DNA from: Gammaproteobacteria bacterium
Lineage (GTDB): Bacteria > Pseudomonadota > Gammaproteobacteria > SZUA-229
DNA: 64,000 bases
Direction of reading: 5' to 3'
Assembly: GCA_013041745.1 (NCBI GenBank)
Contig: JABDRN010000112.1
Location: forward strand, 596-64,595
The notes under the pieces were generated by a model. That model saw nothing but the letters and a program-made list of their open reading frames with translations, was not told where the DNA came from and did no database searches. Shown piece after piece: positions 58,733 through 64,000 of the stretch (positions are counted from its first letter, which is position 1; every line of letters starts with the position of its first letter). Made by a program: the position numbers and the translations under genes.

Positions 58733-60883
58733 ATGGACAGACAAAAATCAGCACCTGATTCTCGACTCGATAAAAAGATCCGGCTGGAAGAAATACGCTT
58801 ACTATATGGTGGCACACCATTTTCATATTCAGCTTCATTCGTCATTGCGCTGATCATCTATAACGTTTTACTCGGCCACGTCAGCTCCCCACAAAACCTG
58901 GATATATGGTTGTTCACCATACTGGGAATATTATTTGTCAGGAGTGTCGACAGCTACCTGTTTTCAACTAAAGACAAGAAAGAGCAGTCCAGGAACAGCT
59001 GGCGTATACGCTTTTTTGCCGGCACAGGTATCGCAGGTTTCTGCTGGGGCTTATTGCCATGGCTGGGATACTCTTCAGAGATTGAATACTTCAGCTTTAT
59101 CATCGTATGCCTCGTCGGGGTCATCGCCGGTTCACTCTCAACATTGTCCTATCGCTGGGAAACTATTGCCCTGTTCCTGTTACCAGCCAGCCTGTTATTA
59201 GTATTACGCCTCATAATTGAAGACCAGACATTTTTCAATGCGACATCGTTCGTGCTGCTGGTTTTTATCTTTTTCTCACTTACCGCCGGCAAGAAAATAT
59301 TTAATAATACACAACAGAACATTCGCCTGCGGCTTGAAGCTGATACTCGTGAACATGCTATCGAGCTGATGCACCAGAAGCAGGCGCTGCACCTTCAGAA
59401 TACACCTCTTGCAATTATAGAATTCGATATAGATCTGAACGTGACCGAATGGAACAAGGCCGCTGAGCGCATATTTGGTTACTCGCGCGCAGAAGCCATA
59501 GACGAAAATGTGATGCGCCTGGTACTGCTTCGCGACAGTTCAGACGAAGCAGAAAAGCTCTGGCAACAGCTCCTGTCTTATCAGCCAGTCATCGGTGCTG
59601 TCATAGAGAATAAAACTAAATCAGGAACACCTGTCATCTGCGAATGGTTTGTTACGCCACTGACCGGAGAACAGAACGAGATCGTCGGTATCGCCGCCAT
59701 GGCACTGGACATCTCAGACAAGAAACAGACCGAACTCGCTATCCTGAAATCGAAAGAAGAGGCAGAGAAAGCGAACCAGGCGAAATCGGACTTCCTCTCC
59801 AGCATGTCACATGAACTGAGAACACCGCTTAACGCCATCCTTGGTTTCACTCAACTGCTAAAATATGAAAAGACACTAACAGAGAAACAACAGTCACATA
59901 TCAGGGAAATAAGCAATGCAGGAAACCTGCTGTTAGAACTGGTCAACCAGATACTCGACCTGGCACGTATCGAAAAGGGTCATCTGCAATTATCGATGGA
60001 GAAAGTTGCACTAGCCGATTGCTTCAAAGAAGTCCGTGCCATGATCCTGCCATTGGCAGAGAAGAACAATCTCAAGCTCAATATAAGTACAGATATCAGC
60101 GGTTATGTGATAGCTGATTTCACACGCCTGAAACAGGTCATGCTTAACCTGCTGAGCAACGCCATCAAGTACAACATCGATAACGGCTCTGTCACTCTCA
60201 AGGTCCTGCAGAAAGAAAACAATGTGGTCAGGATATCTATCATCGATACCGGAAAAGGCATCTCTGAAGAATTACTACATGAGATATTCCAGCCATTCAA
60301 CAGGCTGAATGCCGCCTCTAAAATAGAAGGTACCGGCATCGGTCTGTCCATCAGCAAGCAGCTGGTAGAGATGATGGATGGCAACATAGGGGTGAGCAGC
60401 AAGATAAATGATGGTAGCGAATTCTGGATAGAGCTGTCGGGCAATCTCAATAATACTGCCACGATGGAAAGTGAGAGCCTTACCCATGCTGCAGAGCAGC
60501 GGCCATCTCCTGCTTCGATCACGGGTCATAATATACTTGTTGCTGAAGATAATCCTACCAATCAGACTCTGATACTGAGCCAGCTCGAAGCGCTGGGTTA
60601 TGCTGCAGACCTGGCGAAAAACGGCCAGGAAGCGCTGAATATGATGGTCAATACCGATTACCAGCTATTACTCACCGACTGTAACATGCCGCTGGTTGAT
60701 GGCTACAAACTGGCCAGCACGATTCGAGAAAGGGGGAATCAGCAGTTACCGATCATCGCTCTGACTGCCGATGCTTTCCCGGAGAAAAAAACAGAATGCT
60801 TCAAGGCAGGAATGAATGACCATATAACCAAACCTGCAGACCTGCAGACACTCAAGGACACACTTGAAAAATATTTGAACTAG
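58733..60883 (+). CDS. Membrane-bound hybrid sensor histidine kinase (TM-PAS-HisKA-HATPase-REC)
   Basis: 5-6 TM helices; PAS (WNKAAERIFGY); FLSSMSHELRTPLN; NLLSNAIKY, DTG.GI, GTGIGL; REC (AEDN, TDCNMP, KP). Confidence 0.92.
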   Translation: MDRQKSAPDSRLDKKIRLEEIRLLYGGTPFSYSASFVIALIIYNVLLGHVSSPQNLDIWLFTILGILFVRSVDSYLFSTKDKKEQSRNSWRIRFFAGTGIAGFCWGLLPWLGYSSEIEYFSFIIVCLVGVIAGSLSTLSYRWETIALFLLPASLLLVLRLIIEDQTFFNATSFVLLVFIFFSLTAGKKIFNNTQQNIRLRLEADTREHAIELMHQKQALHLQNTPLAIIEFDIDLNVTEWNKAAERIFGYSRAEAIDENVMRLVLLRDSSDEAEKLWQQLLSYQPVIGAVIENKTKSGTPVICEWFVTPLTGEQNEIVGIAAMALDISDKKQTELAILKSKEEAEKANQAKSDFLSSMSHELRTPLNAILGFTQLLKYEKTLTEKQQSHIREISNAGNLLLELVNQILDLARIEKGHLQLSMEKVALADCFKEVRAMILPLAEKNNLKLNISTDISGYVIADFTRLKQVMLNLLSNAIKYNIDNGSVTLKVLQKENNVVRISIIDTGKGISEELLHEIFQPFNRLNAASKIEGTGIGLSISKQLVEMMDGNIGVSSKINDGSEFWIELSGNLNNTATMESESLTHAAEQRPSPASITGHNILVAEDNPTNQTLILSQLEALGYAADLAKNGQEALNMMVNTDYQLLLTDCNMPLVDGYKLASTIRERGNQQLPIIALTADAFPEKKTECFKAGMNDHITKPADLQTLKDTLEKYLN

Positions 60884-60920
60884 AATATTAGGTAATTATA
60901 AAAACAGGCAGCAGACTGAC

Positions 60921-61196
60921 ATGTCAAAACCAACCGATGAAGAAATGGAAATCGCATTAAAAATGGCTGCGCAGATGCGCGATGAAAACGTTGATCCATT
61001 TTTTATCGCAAAAGCACTGTTGAGTCACAACTATCGAATGAAATATCTTGAGGAGATATTGCATGTTGCCGACCGTTATATCAACCATGGCATGTCCGAA
61101 CATGAAAAAACCCTGCTGATACGAACAATCGAGAAAGCCAAGGATGCTGAATCATATACGGCAAACAGGGAGAGGGATAGCTTTGGCCTGGAATAA
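60921..61196 (+). CDS. Hypothetical small helical protein
   Basis: 91-aa ORF co-oriented 37 nt after the kinase, with protein-like composition. Confidence 0.65.
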   Translation: MSKPTDEEMEIALKMAAQMRDENVDPFFIAKALLSHNYRMKYLEEILHVADRYINHGMSEHEKTLLIRTIEKAKDAESYTANRERDSFGLE

Positions 61197-61301
61197 AATT
61201 AAAACATCACAGCCTGTCCACCTCTGATCCTGTAAATGCAGATGGTTATCGAAACAGGGCGAAACCCGTAACGCATATGCAACTATAACTGTCACTTTTA
61301 G

Positions 61302-62996
61302 TTAGTGCAGCACTTCTGCACTACCGACTCCTCGTGCATCGGATGCAGCGTCGATGTCTCCGGTTTTTTTATCGATGATGATCAGTTGCATATTCCCATA
61401 TTCATAGTCCATGGCCCTGGTTTTATGCCCCAACTGCTGCAGCTCATCTATGAGCTCATCAGTGAAAACACCAGGCTCGTAAGAAATCTCATCTGGCATG
61501 TACTGATGATGAAAGCGACCTGCATTTACGATTTGATCAGCGTCTTTATCATCATAAAAATCGAGCACTCCCAGCAAAACCATGGTGATAATCCTGCTGC
61601 CTCCTGGCGTTCCTATAATAGCGATGCGATCACGGGTCTCTGCGATACTTGGCGTCATGCTTGATAACATCCGCTTTCCCGGTTCTATCGCATTCGCATG
61701 TGAGCCTACTAACCCATAGACATTAGGCACACCCGGTTTGGAGACGAAATCATCCATCTCATCATTGAGTAGCACACCGGTTCCTCTCGCAACGAAACAT
61801 GAACCGAAGGGATAATTAATAGAAAGTGTTGCTGACACCTTGTTACCCTGTCTATCGATGACTGAAAAATGTGTGGTGTCAGTACCATTGCCTGTAGGTG
61901 GCACTACCGGATCGAGTGAAGTGCTGGCCGTTGCCTCGCTGCTACTGATGCTATCTACCAGCAATTTTATGTGGAACTCAGAAACCAGATAATCTATCGG
62001 TACCTGGATGAAATCAGGGTCACCCATATATTGAGCGCGATCACGGTATGCCCGCCGCATGGCCTCTACGATGAGATGTACCCGTTGCGCTTCATCCAGC
62101 TGTTCGATGTCAAACTCTGCCAGCATCTGTAGTATCTCAGAGAGAACCAGACCACCCGATGATGGCAATGAGGCCGATACCAGTTTCATACCCTTGTAGA
62201 TGGTGACATCTGGAGACCGTTCCTTCACCTGGTAAGTCGCCAGGTCTTTCATGGTCCAGATGCCCCCATTTTTCCGGACATCCCGAACCATCTTCCAGGC
62301 GATTTCATTTTCATAGAAGCCAGAGAATCCAGAGCTGGCGATTGCTTGCAGCGTTCTCGCCAGGTCTCTCTGTATGATTTTATGACCGATCTCTGGCACT
62401 TCACCCTGCTTTAAGAATAACTCACTGGCTGCTTTGTTTTTTTGCAGATCTTTCAGTCTGAAACCCGCCATACGCTGATAGTACGCATCGACAGGAAAAC
62501 CATCGTTAGCATGTCTTATCGCCGGCGCCAGCGAGTCTGCCAGTTTCAGATTGCCATACTTATCAGCCAGGTGAACCAGCGCAGCAGGAATCCCGGGGAT
62601 ACCGGCGGAGGACGCGCCGGTGATCGATGCGCCCGGGATCACTTCACCTCGCTCATCGAGGTATAGGTCCCTGTGCGCTCGCAGGGGCGCCCGCTCACGA
62701 GCATCGATCATCACGTGCCTGTCATTCTCTTCCTGGTGCAACAGATAGAAACCACCGCCGCCTATCCCTGAAGAGTAAGGCTCAACCACAGCGAGTGCTG
62801 CAGTAACGGCAATTGCCGCATCAAATGCGTTGCCTCCCTGCTGCATGACAGCGATGCCTGCCTCTGTAGCCAGGGGATGTGCACTGGCTACAGCAGCCTG
62901 TGTATATTTATTTTCAGTGGGTGATTGAGCGAGACAAGATACCGAGTAAAAAAGGAAAAACACGGTGAAGCAAATGTTTGGAAATGATCTGCCCAT
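61302..62996 (-). CDS. ggt: Gamma-glutamyltransferase
   Basis: GGNAFDAA, SGIGGGGF, D|TTHFS autocleavage site, LNDEMDDF, KRMLSSM.P, GTPGGS. Confidence 0.95.
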   Translation of the reverse strand: MGRSFPNICFTVFFLFYSVSCLAQSPTENKYTQAAVASAHPLATEAGIAVMQQGGNAFDAAIAVTAALAVVEPYSSGIGGGGFYLLHQEENDRHVMIDARERAPLRAHRDLYLDERGEVIPGASITGASSAGIPGIPAALVHLADKYGNLKLADSLAPAIRHANDGFPVDAYYQRMAGFRLKDLQKNKAASELFLKQGEVPEIGHKIIQRDLARTLQAIASSGFSGFYENEIAWKMVRDVRKNGGIWTMKDLATYQVKERSPDVTIYKGMKLVSASLPSSGGLVLSEILQMLAEFDIEQLDEAQRVHLIVEAMRRAYRDRAQYMGDPDFIQVPIDYLVSEFHIKLLVDSISSSEATASTSLDPVVPPTGNGTDTTHFSVIDRQGNKVSATLSINYPFGSCFVARGTGVLLNDEMDDFVSKPGVPNVYGLVGSHANAIEPGKRMLSSMTPSIAETRDRIAIIGTPGGSRIITMVLLGVLDFYDDKDADQIVNAGRFHHQYMPDEISYEPGVFTDELIDELQQLGHKTRAMDYEYGNMQLIIIDKKTGDIDAASDARGVGSAEVLH

Positions 62997-63074
62997 ATTT
63001 CGAATCTTTTTGTTGAATAAACGTTATAAGGTTTATATCACCCTATGTTATTTGATATAGCCAGAAAACTGTAG

Positions 63075-63335
<261 letters not shown>

Positions 63336-63381
63336 CTACTCTTAAATCTTATTTACAATATATGTAAGCGCATGCTCAGGT

Positions 63382-63879
<498 letters not shown>

Positions 63880-63898
63880 TCAATAAGCGTGTGCACCG

Positions 63899-64000
63899 TC
63901 AGTTATCACCAACAGTACTGAATTTAAACAACCGATAAGCCACCTGACCAGCTATCTTTTCTTTTAAGACATGCCAGTTTTCAGGCAACTCAATGGATGT
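63899..64000 (-). CDS. rsmD: 16S rRNA m2G966 methyltransferase, C-terminal end only
   Basis: Manual translation ...IELPENWHVLKEKIAGQVAYRLFKFSTVGDN*, matching the RsmD C-terminus; conserved rsmD-coaD order. Confidence 0.75.
   Translation of the reverse strand, partial: TSIELPENWHVLKEKIAGQVAYRLFKFSTVGDN

Overview
A core-genome region of a gammaproteobacterium (roughly 45-50% GC by eye; the split gcvPA/gcvPB, coq7, CbbY-like HAD and TauE genes suggest a non-enteric, possibly chemolithotrophic lineage, which is an inference). It carries about 60 mostly housekeeping genes: mrdA-rodA-mltB-rlpA-dacA-dat-ybeD-lipB-lipA, adk, a thioredoxin, a cytochrome c peroxidase, gcvT-H-PA-PB, ygfB-pepP-ubiH-ubiI, TIGR02449-zapA-6S RNA-ygfA, ilvA/rpiA, a porin, rplM-rpsI, coq7, crp, rpe-gph-trpE-(TIGR03790-like)-trpG-trpD-trpC, dusA, fadH, exeAB, rluA, a hybrid histidine kinase and rsmD-coaD-yfhL-ggt. 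I saw no tRNA, rRNA, CRISPR array, integrase or transposase. The unusual signals are mostly non-coding: (1) two related tandem-repeat arrays (31322-31566, 48812-48970) built of hairpins with CANGGANG loops, resembling CsrA/RsmA-binding sites; (2) a promoter-and-terminator-bounded sRNA candidate with anti-Shine-Dalgarno CCUCC motifs (~36967-37060); (3) an unannotated WRW leader peptide with a single-hairpin attenuator before trpE; (4) several families of empty inverted-repeat elements; (5) an extra structured RNA upstream of 6S RNA. On the protein side, the adenylate kinase carries a ~150-aa Lys/Ala-rich tail. Family assignments come from motif recognition only; no database searches were run.
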